Positions 25,251 to 37,400 of a stretch of 46,651 nt of DNA are shown here, in pieces. The notes below the pieces were generated by a model. It saw only the letters and a program-made list of their open reading frames with translations. It searched no databases and was not told the origin of the DNA. The stretch comes from Octopus bimaculoides (taxonomy: Eukaryota). Positions within the stretch are counted from its first letter, which is position 1, and every line of letters starts with the position of its first letter. The DNA is taken from assembly GCF_001194135.2 (NCBI RefSeq), contig NC_068986.1:30586108-30632758 (forward strand), read 5' to 3'. Made by a program: the position numbers and the translations under genes.

Positions 25251-25885
25251 TAAGTCTGTGAACTATATTTGGAATACAGGACAATATAATGAATTTTATA
25301 CATAATTATTATAGATTACTACAGAAGACTTACCAAGGAGGCATATATGAATTTCAAGATTCTCATACTAAAGTGTACTTACCAAAAATCAAAAGCAGTA
25401 ATTTTTAATTTTTAATTTATATTTCAAACAAACACCATTTTCCCATATTACTTCATAATTTAAAAAAAATACCATTTGATAAATTATACAAATTTTACAT
25501 TTGATATTTCTGAGGAGCAGAAAAGTTATCTATAAATGCTTATCAATATAGGATTCCATTATTCTATATTATCTAAGTCTATGAACTATATTTGGAATAC
25601 AGGACAATATAATGGATTTTACACATAACTATTATGGATTATTACAGAAGACTTACCAAGGAAGCATATATGGATTTAAAGACTCTCATACTAAAGTGTA
25701 CTTATCGAAAATCAAAAGCAGTAATTTTTAATTTTTAATTTACATTTCAAACAAACACCATTTTCCCATATTACTTCATATTTTAAAAAAACTACCATTC
25801 AATAAATGATATAAATTTCATATTTTATATCTCTGAAGAGCAGAAGAGTCATCTATAAATGCTTATCAATATAGGATTCCATTAT
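25251..25885. repeat. 323-bp tandem duplication, two copies, clearly diverged but alignable end to end
   Basis: taagtctgtgaactatatttggaatacagg...ggattccattat at 25251-25562 and taagtctatgaactat...ggattccattat at 25574-25885. Confidence 0.92.
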
Positions 25886-25918
25886 AGGGACAGCACCTCT
25901 GCGAAACGACCATAAGAT
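25829..25918 (+). ncRNA. type I hammerhead ribozyme-like motif (long stem II loop, decayed stem III)
   Basis: ATCT (25829-32) CTGAAGA (25833-39) GCAGA-53 nt-TCTGC (25898-902) GAAA (25903-06) CGACCA TA AGAT (25915-18); stem I ATCT/AGAT; stem II closed by canonical G-C. Confidence 0.65.
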
Positions 25919-26376
25919 GCTCTAAAAACTTAATTTGAAACTTTAAACTATCATATTTATCATTATATATTTATACTTATACATATTTATACATATATTT
26001 ATATATATTTATAATTTTAATACAACTATTATTTTACACATGTATATATCTTTCTGAAGAATTTTCTTATATTTATTTCTTGATATTAATAATAATATAT
26101 TATATAAAATATATATAATCGCTCATATTAAATACATAAAGGCTTTAATAGTATTGATGCGACCACCGAAAATACAATTAGTGTTATATCCCTATCTCCC
26201 GAGCTGGGTTTTGAAACCGTATTCTGGTTGTTGGGGACAATGGCATTTCCTTTGTCTTGTCAGCAACCACAGCTATTTTTAGCGTAGGAGTTATCGCTGC
26301 CCCCTTCCGGTCGGTGAAAGTTCAGAAAGGCAGGATAGGAATTGTACTGAACTGACCCAGCTTTGGGAGGGGGTAA

Positions 26377-27020
26377 GGTAGCACAATTGAGCTACGGTAT
26401 TTTGTGATAAATACAAGAACAGGGATTGAAGTGGCGCAGTTGGCCGGAGGATTTGGGTGGCAGTCGAGTGGTAGTAGTCGGCCGAAGCAATTGGCGAGGA
26501 TTTTGGGTGGCAGTTGAGTTGTACAGGCGAGTTGGCCGAAGAGATGAAGTGAAGATGAGAATGATAAGTCTGACAGAGAGAAAGCTATAGTCAGCAGAAA
26601 TGCATAGAGTCTCAGAGAGAGAGGGACAGAGAGATGGGATTCTGGCAGCCAAAAGAGATAGCAGTAGTCAGTTGTTTACTTCTTGGACCATACAGTGTTT
26701 GTGAAAGAAAGGAAGTTATTACAGCAAAGATTTGTCTGAATATTCTTCCAAGAAAATGTATTTGTCATTATGATGTATAAAGAAAAAGAACTGTTAACTG
26801 TGATGTTAACTTAAAAGAGAAAGAAAAGAAAGAACTTTTACATGTGGTGTAACTGAAAAGAAAAGAAAGAACTTTTAAAGGACTCGATGTACGAACTCTT
26901 GTTTATGTAACGATTGCAGACCCTTGATTATGTTGCATGCACCATTATATGCTATTGAATTGTGATGTAATGTTTTATTCTGATGTTTGATGTAAAAAGA
27001 AAGGGTTAGTTTCCGCTACC
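26377..27020 (+). mobile_element. LTR-like segment (644 bp) preceded by a polypurine tract
   Basis: PPT-like tttgggagggggtaa at 26362-26376; ends GGTAGC...GCTACC form a 6-bp inverted repeat; internal ~52-bp tandem repeat at 26436-26540; TATAAA near 26776; GC- and CpG-rich relative to flanks. Confidence 0.5.
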
Positions 27021-27606
27021 CAACNNNNNNNNNNNNNNNNNNNNNNNNNNNNNNNNNNNNNNNNNNNNNNNNNNNNNNNNNNNNNNNNNNNNNNNNNNNN
27101 NNNNNNNNNNNNNNNNNNNNNNNNNNNNNNNNNNNNNNNNNNNNNNNNNNNNNNNNNNNNNNNNNNNNNNNNNNNNNNNNNNNNNNNNNNNNNNNNNNNN
27201 NNNNNNNNNNNNNNNNNNNNNNNNNNNNNNNNNNNNNNNNNNNNNNNNNNNNNNNNNNNNNNNNNNNNNNNNNNNNNNNNNNNNNNNNNNNNNNNNNNNN
27301 NNNNNNNNNNNNNNNNNNNNNNNNNNNNNNNNNNNNNNNNNNNNNNNNNNNNNNNNNNNNNNNNNNNNNNNNNNNNNNNNNNNNNNNNNNNNNNNNNNNN
27401 NNNNNNNNNNNNNNNNNNNNNNNNNNNNNNNNNNNNNNNNNNNNNNNNNNNNNNNNNNNNNNNNNNNNNNNNNNNNNNNNNNNNNNNNNNNNNNNNNNNN
27501 NNNNNNNNNNNNNNNNNNNNNNNNNNNNNNNNNNNNNNNNNNNNNNNNNNNNNNNNNNNNNNNNNNNNNNNNNNNNNNNNNNNNNNNNNNNNNNNNNNNN
27601 NNNNNN

Positions 27607-27660
<54 letters not shown>

Positions 27661-27859
27661 CTGTGTGTGTCTGTGTGTGTGTTTGTGTGTGTTCTGTAGA
27701 TGTCATCTTTAACTTCCTTAACCTAGTCAGTATTTTTAACAGATTACACTGATCTATTTTTAATGAAAGTGTCAGAGATAAACATTATGTCTAAAGTACA
27801 GACACATTTCAATATTTACAAACTTCTGAAGTTTTAATTATAGTTTCCATATTTACAAG

Positions 27860-27894
<35 letters not shown>

Positions 27895-28060
27895 TACACA
27901 AATAAATAAGCAGACAGATATCTACACACATGTACATACATACTCATATGTGTACACAGATATACATATACATACAAATGCACACTTTCCCCCATTTTCA
28001 AGTATGATACTAGCATACATACATGCACAGATACGTTCATATATCACATACATATACATA

Positions 28061-28118
<58 letters not shown>

Positions 28119-29203
28119 CTATCTCTATCTATCTATCTATCTATCTCTTCTCTGTTACTCTGTCTCTCTTCCACCATACACACATATATATCTANNNNNN
28201 NNNNNNNNNNNNNNNNNNNNNNNNNNNNNNNNNNNNNNNNNNNNNNNNNNNNNNNNNNNNNNNNNNNNNNNNNNNNNNNNNNNNNNNNNNNNNNNNNNNN
28301 NNNNNNNNNNNNNNNNNNNNNNNNNNNNNNNNNNNNNNNNNNNNNNNNNNNNNNNNNNNNNNNNNNNNNNNNNNNNNNNNNNNNNNNNNNNNNNNNNNCC
28401 AAGCAGGTGGCCAATAAAAATGAACTTCAAATCACTAATCAGGAAGAGAAAGCACATGCATATGAATGTATGCGCATGCATTAAACATTTATGCATATAC
28501 ACTTACATGCAGATACACATACATTCATATGTACATATGCACACATGTGCATGCACAGATATATACGCATACACACACACATATCTACATACCTATGCAT
28601 GCATGTACACCATGCACATACATACAAACATTTATATGTACATACATACACACACATACATATGAACACACACATACACAGATATATATATATATATATA
28701 TATATGCACATACACACATACATACATAGATGCATGCATGCAAGCATACATATGCATGGTTGCACACATGCATACATACGAACAGACACATACGCATGTA
28801 CATATGTACATACATACACGCATACACATACATACATATGTACATACATACATACAAACATACATGCATACAAGCACACATACATATATACATCCACACA
28901 CACACACACACACATAGATATACAGGCATGCATGCATACACACAACCTCCAAGAAATTCAGGAAAATAATTTCAGATTAGAAGCATGAGTTAGAGTCAAG
29001 AGGTCTGAGACAGAAAATGGCAGATAGTAAAGGACTAATTGGAAGCAAAAAATACTATATATATATCTTAGTAGCATCACCAAAGTGATTAATATTTAGT
29101 CATTATTTAGGCTGACAGGAGAAAGTAGGAACACAGTCATTTATATTTTGTGCAAATGATGTGATATTGCTGTTTAGCCCTTAGTTAAATCTCATTAATT
29201 AAG

Positions 29204-29837
29204 TGGAGGCGCAATGGCCCAGTGGTTAGGGCAGCAGACTCGTGGTTATCGGATCACGGTTTCAATTCCCAGACCGGGTGTTATGAGTGTTTATTGAACG
29301 AAAACACCTAAAGCTCCACGAGGCTCCGGCAGGGGATGGTGGCGAACCCTGCTCTACTCTTTCACCACAACTTTCTCTCACTCGTACTTCCTGTTTCTGT
29401 TGTGCCTGTAATTCAAAGGGTCAGCCTTGTCACATTGTGTCACGCTGAATATCCCCGAGAACTGCGTTAAGGGTACATGTGTCTGTGGAGTGCTCAGCCA
29501 CTTGCACGCTAATTTCACGAGCAGGCTGTTCTGTTGATTGGATCAACTGGAACCCTNNNNNNNNNNGGCTCCGGCAGGGGATGGTGGCGAACCCTGCTCT
29601 ACTCTTTCACCACAACTTTCTCTCACTCGTACTTCCTGTTTCTGTTGTGCCTGTAATTCAAAGGGTCAGCCTTGTCACATTGTGTCACGCTGAATATCCC
29701 CGAGAACTGCGTTAAGGGTACATGTGTCTGTGGAGTGCTCAGCCACTTGCACGCTAATTTCACGAGCAGGCTGTTCTGTTGATTGGATCAACTGGAACCC
29801 TCGACGTCGTAAGCGACGGAGTGCCAACAACAACAAC
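29204..29837 (+). mobile_element. SINE family C nested in a family D copy, 12-bp TSD; internal 235-bp duplication across a 10-N gap
   Basis: AAATCTCATTAA at 29187-29198 and 29838-29849; 29322-29556 is identical to 29567-29801. Confidence 0.88.
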
Positions 29838-29902
29838 AAATCTCATTAAGCAAGACTATGATCAAATGCAATCCAGCCTTGAATACTCCATGCCTAGTAC
29901 TT

Positions 29903-30051
29903 AGTTTCCGTCTACCAAATCCACCCACAAGGCTTTGGTTGGCCCGAGGCTATAGTAGAAGACACTTGCCCAAGGTGCCACGCAGTGGGACTGAACCCGG
30001 AACCATGTGGTTGGAAAGCAAGCTACTTACCACACAGCCACACCTGTGCCT
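29903..30051 (-). mobile_element. SINE family A 5' part
   Basis: gtttccgtctaccaaatccacccacaaggctttggttggcccgaggctatagtagaagacacttgcccaaggtgccacgcagtgggactgaacccggaaccatgtgg. Confidence 0.88.
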
Positions 30052-31919
30052 ATCTTTTTTTTTTATTATTTCTCCTTGATTTTCTTCTTCCAACTTACCT
30101 TCTATTCTTCTACCCATCCATTTATCTATCTATTCATTCTGCCAATCCACCAATCCAAATTTCCCTTCTGTTCATATCTATTTCTCTATCTATCTATTTA
30201 TTCATCTATTTATTCATTAATCCACCTGTGAATCATCCAAACACTAGGTCATCCATTCTGCCTTAGCTGTATGCAGAAACCAGACACCATCCTATCCATT
30301 TGTCTACTCTATTCCTATTACACTCATCACAAATTCTTCTCTTCATTTCTCTTTCTAGCCCAAAGGCTGATTCCTTCATTTGCGTCTGCTTTCTCCCTAT
30401 CTCTCTCTCTCTGTTCTTCACTCTCTCTTTGTTCTTCACTCTCTCTCCTGTTACTCTTTCCTTTATCATTATTAGTTGTTTTTTTTCTCTTCTATACACA
30501 TATCCCTTAGTCACTCTTTCACTCACTCTCTCTCTGTCTCTCTTCTTTACTCTCTATCTATTTTCCACCTGCACTTCCACCACTTCCATCAGCACCATAA
30601 TAACATTATCATCATTATCACCATCATCATTGTCACCATCATCATCACCATCATCATCGCCATCATTCAAATTCACAAGCTTTATAAATATCCCCTCTCT
30701 TCTAATGTACACATCAACCTGTAAATTTCTTTTTAATTCAAATGTGAATATGTCTTCTGTTGAAATGTACTGATGTCTTTACGTATGTGCATGCACATGT
30801 GTGTATACACACATGCATGCATGTGTTTGTGCACATGTTTGTGCGTATGAGTACATGTGTCTATGCCTGTGTGTATATATGTGTATTTATGCATGTGTGT
30901 TAGTTAAAACCTATTGCTTTGTAATAAATGTTGAGTTGTTAACTCCATCTATTTACCATGATTCAGATATGCATACAAAATACATCACCTACAAACTGTC
31001 TCCATGGGCCAAAATATTTTTTCATGATTTATACAATTCTTTCTTTTTTGTTTTTGGTACTGGTGTTAGTCTTGATGTTGGTGTTGTTTTATTCTGTTTT
31101 ACTTTGACAATAAGAAATGAAATTTTTGTTAAAGAAAAAGAATAAAAAAAGATTGAATTTTAATTTGTCATGGATGTTTGCACAAAGCATAAAGAACACA
31201 GCAGCATAAAGAAAGAAGACAGAAAATGAAAAGAGAAAAAGTAACAGCAAAAAAAAATGAAGAAATAAAACGTCATTTTGAAATGCAAAACAGTCTGAAA
31301 TAACCAAATATTTGAATACTGTGGAAGGTATTCTTTAATGAATTACTTATCGATTCTAACATGTTCCAAGTAAAAGCTTCATCAAATAATTTTAACTTGT
31401 TCTATTACATTTTGCTATCCACATTGTGGAGAATTTTGTCTATTACACACTTGTTGATTATTTCTTTTTCGTGGTCTTGAGAGAAACTCCTATCTTTTGT
31501 ATCCATTTACCATTTGTCATGGAGAGAGTATAGCCTGTCTATGTACTTGTGTGTGTGTGTGCATCTGTGTCTGTGTGTGTGTGTGTGTTTACCATTAGTT
31601 TGTCATCAATCTTGAAGAATCACATCAAATTGCTATGGTCCTTCACACTGCCATTTTCTTAACATCAGCCTTGAAGAAATGTTAAACCTTTAGGATGTTT
31701 ACTATGTACTTAGTCTTGGCTTTGGAGATATATTAGTCATTGGTATTTCTTGTACTGCTAGTACTACTATTACTAACATAACTACTGCTTGCTATTACTG
31801 ATACTGCTACCACTTATGTTATTGTTATCTGTTACTATTACAACTGCTGTTACTACTACTACAACAACTAATAATAATAATAATAATAATAATAATGATT
31901 GTGTTGAGAGGAATTCTTT

Positions 31920-32032
31920 GGAGCTTCTACATCTGGATGTCCTTCCTAATGCCAACCACTCCGAGAGTGTAGTGGGTGCTTTTATGTGCCACCAGCACGA
32001 AGGCCAGTCAGGATTTACTGGCAACGGCCACA

Positions 32033-32082
<50 letters not shown>

Positions 32083-32300
32083 TGTATCTATGTATATATT
32101 TGTGTCTGTGTTTGTCCCCCCACCATCACTTGACAACCGATGTTGGTGTGTTTACGTCCCCATCACTTAGTGGTTCAGCAAAAGATACTGATAGAATAAG
32201 TACCAGGCTTACAAAGAATAAGTTCTGGGGGTTGATTTGTTCAACTAAAGGCTGTGCTCCAACATGGCCACAATCAAATGACTGAAACAAGTAAAAGAGT
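31920..32300. mobile_element. family E fragment (-) joined through (TA)n to a family A 3' half (+)
   Basis: ctggatgtccttcctaatgccaaccactccgagagtgtagtgggtgc; tttgtccccccaccatcacttgacaaccgatgttgg...gactgaaacaagtaaaagag. Confidence 0.75.
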
Positions 32301-32309
32301 ATTATAGGC

Positions 32310-32880
32310 TTTCTATTATAGGCAGAAAGCCTAAAATTATAGAGAAAAGGGACTGACCCCCAATACTCTTCAACTGTTACTTATTTTATTGACCTGAAAG
32401 GATGAAAGCCATAGTCAGCCTCAGTGGAACTTGAACTTGGAACATAAAGCTCAAAGAAATGCTGCCAAATATTTCATCTGGCATGTTAATGAATCTTTTT
32501 TACTCTAGGCACAAGGCCCAAAATTTGGGGGGTGGGGGCCAGTTGATTAGATCGATCTCAGTACACAGTTGGTACTTAATTTATCAACCCATAAAGGATG
32601 AAAGGCAAAGTCAACCTCAGCGGGGACACGTTATTGATTCTGTCGGCTCACCACCTTTAGGAAAATGTTTCAAATTTTGGCACAAGGACAGCAGTTACAG
32701 AGGGAATGGTGAGGTTAGTCAACTACATCAACCCCAGTACATGACTGGTACTTCACTATATCAAACCTGAAATGACGAAAGGCAAAGCCAATCTCAGTAG
32801 AATTTTTGAACATTTGAACTTGGAATGTAAAGGTCTGGAAGAAATATTGCTAAGCATTTTGTTCAACACACTTATGATTC
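32310..32880 (-). mobile_element. cluster of degenerate SINE family B copies
   Basis: Repeated ggatgaaaggcaaagtcaacctcag-like and ttggcacaagg-like motifs, CpG-decayed. Confidence 0.7.
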
Positions 32881-33059
32881 TGGAGGAGGAGGCCAACAAC
32901 AAAGGTTACAAGACATGATGATGTACACACACATGCATGCAGAAGTATGTGCATGCTTGTGTATTCATACATACAACATATGCATTTACACACAAAGAAA
33001 CATTTGAAAATCTGCACTGAATCACAGAGGTTAACTTGCTATAAAGCCATAAAAAAAGA

Positions 33060-33246
33060 ACAAAAGAAAAAAAACCATGAATTAAGCTGCCTGGATCATC
33101 TTCAAGAACTGAGAACAAAGACAAAGTCTGAATCTAACATGCCAGCTGCTTTGTATGACAATCCTCCTTTATGTCCAGTCTGTGGACTTGTCAGTAAATC
33201 GTTGCTTAGATTGAAGTCTCATAAGAGACATAGACATCAGAACTAA
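33060..33246 (+). pseudogene. probable RTE-clade LINE ORF C-terminal remnant with a single C2H2-like finger
   Basis: KNHELSCLDHLQELRTKTK...CPVCGLVSKSLLRLKSHKRHRHQN*; a single CxxC-x12-HxxxH-like finger just before the stop is typical of RTE ORF ends; no linker or second finger. Confidence 0.5.
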
Positions 33247-33757
33247 AAAACTTCATTTTTTTAAATGGCTGTTGGAACCTCTTACATCGAAATCAACAAC
33301 AGAATCCATTATATATATATATATATATACATATGTAATCATCATCATCATCATCAACAACAACAACAACAGCATTATCATCATTGTTCTATGTCCACTT
33401 TTCTATACTTGCCTGGGTTGGACAGAGTTTATTAAGATAGATTTCCTATGGCCAGATGCCCTTCCTGTCACCAACCTTTTTTTGTTTCTAAGCAAGTTAA
33501 TATTTCCCTAATACTTCCCCATGTTTTCACAGAATATTGGAAATGAATGACATTCATTTATAACTACCAAGTGATGAGACACAAACATACACACTCATAG
33601 TCCTGTACAGGAAACTTATATGTATACCATTCTGCCTAAATAATGGAACTGCAGATACAATATCCCTGCATATCTCACGTCTGTTTTCATTCCTCCACTT
33701 CACTCTCTATTTCATATCTTCTCTAGAATAACAATTGCTTAACCATTTTCTCACACC

Positions 33758-33805
33758 GTCTCTGATGAAGGGATATATAAAATATCCTGGAAACAGCTGT
33801 AAGAC
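33758..33805 (+). ncRNA. minimal type I hammerhead ribozyme motif (Penelope-like element style)
   Basis: GTCT (33758-61) CTGATGA (33762-68) A-GGGATAT-ataaa-ATATCCT-G GAAA (33790-93) CAGCTG TA AGAC (33802-05); stem I GTCT/AGAC; 7-bp stem II; palindromic stem III; GUA cleavage triplet. Confidence 0.75.
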
Positions 33806-34149
33806 CTTCTCTTTATAAATGTTCTGAAATTTTTCACAGCCTTGGATTTTTATCTCATTCTGTTAATTTTATATATATAGTACACTTGTCTAGAGATCAT
33901 GTGACTGCAGTAAATGAGCATCACCATTATACAAGAGAGGTTGTTTGTTTCCAATGTTCTGTGAAAAACAAGCCTAGCAATGGAAAAATATTACCTTGCT
34001 TGGAAACAGGTGAGGGTATCCAGCTATAGAAAAAAATCTGCCATAAATTCCATTTGACCATGCAAACACAGAAAAGTTGATGTTAAATGATGACAATGAT
34101 GAATCACATACAAGCATAGAAACACAGACACACACATGCACATACACAC

Positions 34150-34675
34150 ATATTTATACAACAGGCTTTCACACAGTTTCTTTCAACCATATTCACTCAC
34201 AAGGTATTGGTTGACCCAGAGCTATAGTAGAAGGCATTTGCCCAAGGTACCACACAGTGGGACTGATCCTGAAATTTTTTAACCAATCAGCGATGCCTGC
34301 ACCAATGTCTTTTACCTTTTACTTCTCTCAGTCGTTGAACCGTGCCCATACTGGAGCACTACCCCAGTACTTATTTTTAAAAGTCTGGTGCTTATTCTGT
34401 TGGCCGTGTTTACTGTACCACAAAGTTACAGGATTGTAAACAAACTAACACCAATTGTCAAGTGGTGATGATAACAAACACAAGAAAACATACACATACA
34501 TGTATATATGTACATAAATATGACAGGCATTTTTTCAGTTTCTTTCTACTAAATTCACTCCCAAGACAATGGTCAAGCTAGAGCTGTAATGGATGACAGT
34601 TGCCCAAGGTGCTGAACTCAAAACCATGCGATTGCAAACCAAACTTGTTAACCGAATAGCCACGCCTGCACCTAT
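34150..34675 (-). mobile_element. two degenerate SINE family A copies
   Basis: attcactcacaaggtattggttgacccagagctatagtagaaggcatttgcccaaggtacc and cttttacttctctcagtcgttg...gcccaaggtgctgaactc. Confidence 0.7.
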
Positions 34676-36495
34676 ATGTCAAAGACTGCCACATAAATCT
34701 TCTCTAACTCAATACTAATCAGAAGACAATATCCAAAATTATATTAATGACACCTAAATATTTTCATTGCATTTCTTGCTATTTTTAACCTCATTCATAT
34801 TAACGAAGTCCCAACACTTACTTTGGAAATAACATCACTTTTAATTATAGATATTGTGACAAGAATTTTCTCCTTCAATGCCCCAAGATAGTGAAATGTT
34901 CTTTTTGTTAATTTCTGGCTATCTAGTTTGATCGATATATTTAAACACCGTAACAACCATTTGTTATTCNNNNNNNNNNNNNNNNNNNNNNNNNNNNNNN
35001 NNNNNNNNNNNNNNNNNNNNNNNNNNNNNNNNNNNNNNNNNNNNNNNNNNNNNNNNNNNNNNNNNNCACCACCCAGCCACATCTCTCTGGAGTCAATCGC
35101 ATCAGTCACCATTCTTTGATGCCTATTGAACTGTAATCTATTTTGTTTTCCCATCACAACTGACTTTAAGCAGTTGTGTTAGTCTATAAATGTTGTCAGT
35201 TATTTATTTGGACGTGGAGGAATGAAGTGAGAGATAAATGAAATAAATAAATAAATAAATGAATAAATAAATAAATATAAAAAAGAGAGGTTGATGGGGA
35301 GGGGGCGGAATGTGAAAATGTATTGCTTATAGTGTGGAATAAAGCATTATAAAATGCCTTTACTGAATAGAGATTTTGTGATTGTCCTATTAACTATGAC
35401 AAGTTAAAAGTTGACAAAGAATAGAAATTAAGCAACAATTATCTGCCTGTCTAAAACTATAGACATTTAGAGAGTAAATAATTCTTTTTAACACTCGTGC
35501 ATGACAATGAAGCTTATAAACTATATAAATGGAACAAATATAACAGCATTGGTGCTCATAATTATCATTTTCATTTTAAATATTTACAACTATGCTCTTT
35601 ATTGAAAATATTTTTTACACTCACACACAAACATGCATGCATGTCTTCCTTCTTTTGTTCTTGTCCTCACTGTCCTTCTCCCTCGCTCTCTCTCTCTCTA
35701 TATATATATACACACACATACATAATTATATATATATATATATATATATACATATCCTTTGTGTAAGCTCAGTTCCATTTTCCTTCCCAGATTTAGCAAG
35801 TTTTTGAGGTGGGGAAGAGAAGGCCATTTTTTTCTTATCAGTTTTAAGTGAATTTCCTCCTCCTCCTCCCCTCTCTCACCCTCCTCTGTCATTTAATTCT
35901 AGTTCACTTCTTAGAAGACACACACACGTGCACACACACATGCTCATACACACACACACACACTTCTACATCTGCTTGTAATCTATTTGACTTCCATTTC
36001 TTCTTTCTCTTCTTCTTTTGACATTTCTTTTTATTTGTAGATCAACTTTCTCAATCATTCTTTTCTTCCCCACCACCCTTTCTTTCATTACCATTTTTGC
36101 CAGTAGCTTCATTTTTCTCATTGTCTTTTCTTTTAATATATTTTTTTTTTGTTTGTTTTTTACTTATTTTATGGCAGAAATTTCAAGTATAAGTTGAACT
36201 AAGGACTAGAATTCTACCACATGTCTTTCTTTAGGCAATTAATTCAAACAGTGGTTCACCACTAAGCAGAAAACACTAAACAAATAACTTATTGTCCACT
36301 TCAATAAACACCAATTGTTTCCAAAGAATGGTGCTAACTTCAATATGGCTAACATTATATATCACTACACTACACTGAAAATGTCCCAACTGCTGAGCCT
36401 TCTCATAAGTTGGGAAAAAAAATATTTATTCATTGAGAAAACTAAGAGATAACAACACAACAAACATCATTGGAAAAGAACATTACTTACTAGGT

Positions 36496-36892
36496 GTAGG
36501 AGTGGCTGTGTGGTAAGTAGCTTGCTTACCAGCCACATGGTTCCAGGTTCATTCCCACTGCATGGCACCTTGGGCAAGTGTCTTCTACTATAGCCTCGGG
36601 CCAACCAAAGCCTTGTGAGTGGATTTGGTAGACGGAAACTGAAAGAAGCCTGTCGTATATATATGTATGTGTGTGTATATGTTTGTGTGTCTGTGTTTGT
36701 CCCCCCAAACATCGCTTGACAACCGATGCTGGTGGGTTTATGTCCCCATAACTTAGCGGTTCAGCAAAAGAGCCCGATAGAATAAGAACTAGGCATCCAA
36801 AGAATAAGTCCTGGGGTCAATTTGCTCAACTAAAGACAGTGCTCCAGCATGGCCACAGTCAAATGACTGAAACAAGTAAAAGAGTAAAAGAG
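36496..36892 (+). mobile_element. SINE family A, full length (tRNA-like head, CORE-like ccttgggcaagtgtctt block, (gtaaaaga) tail)
   Basis: gtaggagtggctgtgtggtaagtagcttgcttaccagccacatggttccaggttcattcccactgcatggcaccttgggcaagtgtcttc...gactgaaacaagtaaaagagtaaaagag. Confidence 0.9.
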
Positions 36893-37310
36893 ACTATATT
36901 TGATAGCATAAAAGGTGCATGAACCTATTAGATGCATTCTAATTTCGTCATCATGTAATGTCTATTCTCCATGCTGGCATGGGTCGGATGGTTTAACAAG
37001 AGCTGGTAAACTGAAGGGCTGTGCCAAACTGTATTTTCTGTTTCTACAGTTGGATGTCATCCTTCCTAACACCAACCACTTTACATTATGTACTGGATGC
37101 TGTTTTTGCAGCACCAGCACCAGTTGGGTCACCATATAACTTGCAAGATAAGCCAAAGTCCCTTTGACTGGGGGTGAGTAGTATTGAAGGATGTGACTTT
37201 GTGCCAGTCGATGAGAGGTTTAAAGAATGATAGAAGGATATAGAAAGGTGTCTTGTTGTAGAAGCGATACAAGGATACCCCAGTTGGAGAAGAAAGGAGA
37301 AGGAAACTCT

Positions 37311-37400
37311 GAGAGAGTGGGAAAGATGGAGAGAGTGGGAAAGATGGAGAGAGTGGGAGAGATGGAGAAAGTGGGAGAGATGGAGAGAGTGGGAGAGATA
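37311..37400. repeat. 18-bp purine minisatellite, ~5 copies
   Basis: (gagagagtggga[a/g]agatg)n. Confidence 0.85.

Noticed and set aside
29322-29801. Apparent internal duplication of SINE family C
   Set aside because: 235 bp are identical on either side of a 10-N gap, typical of an unmerged contig overlap.
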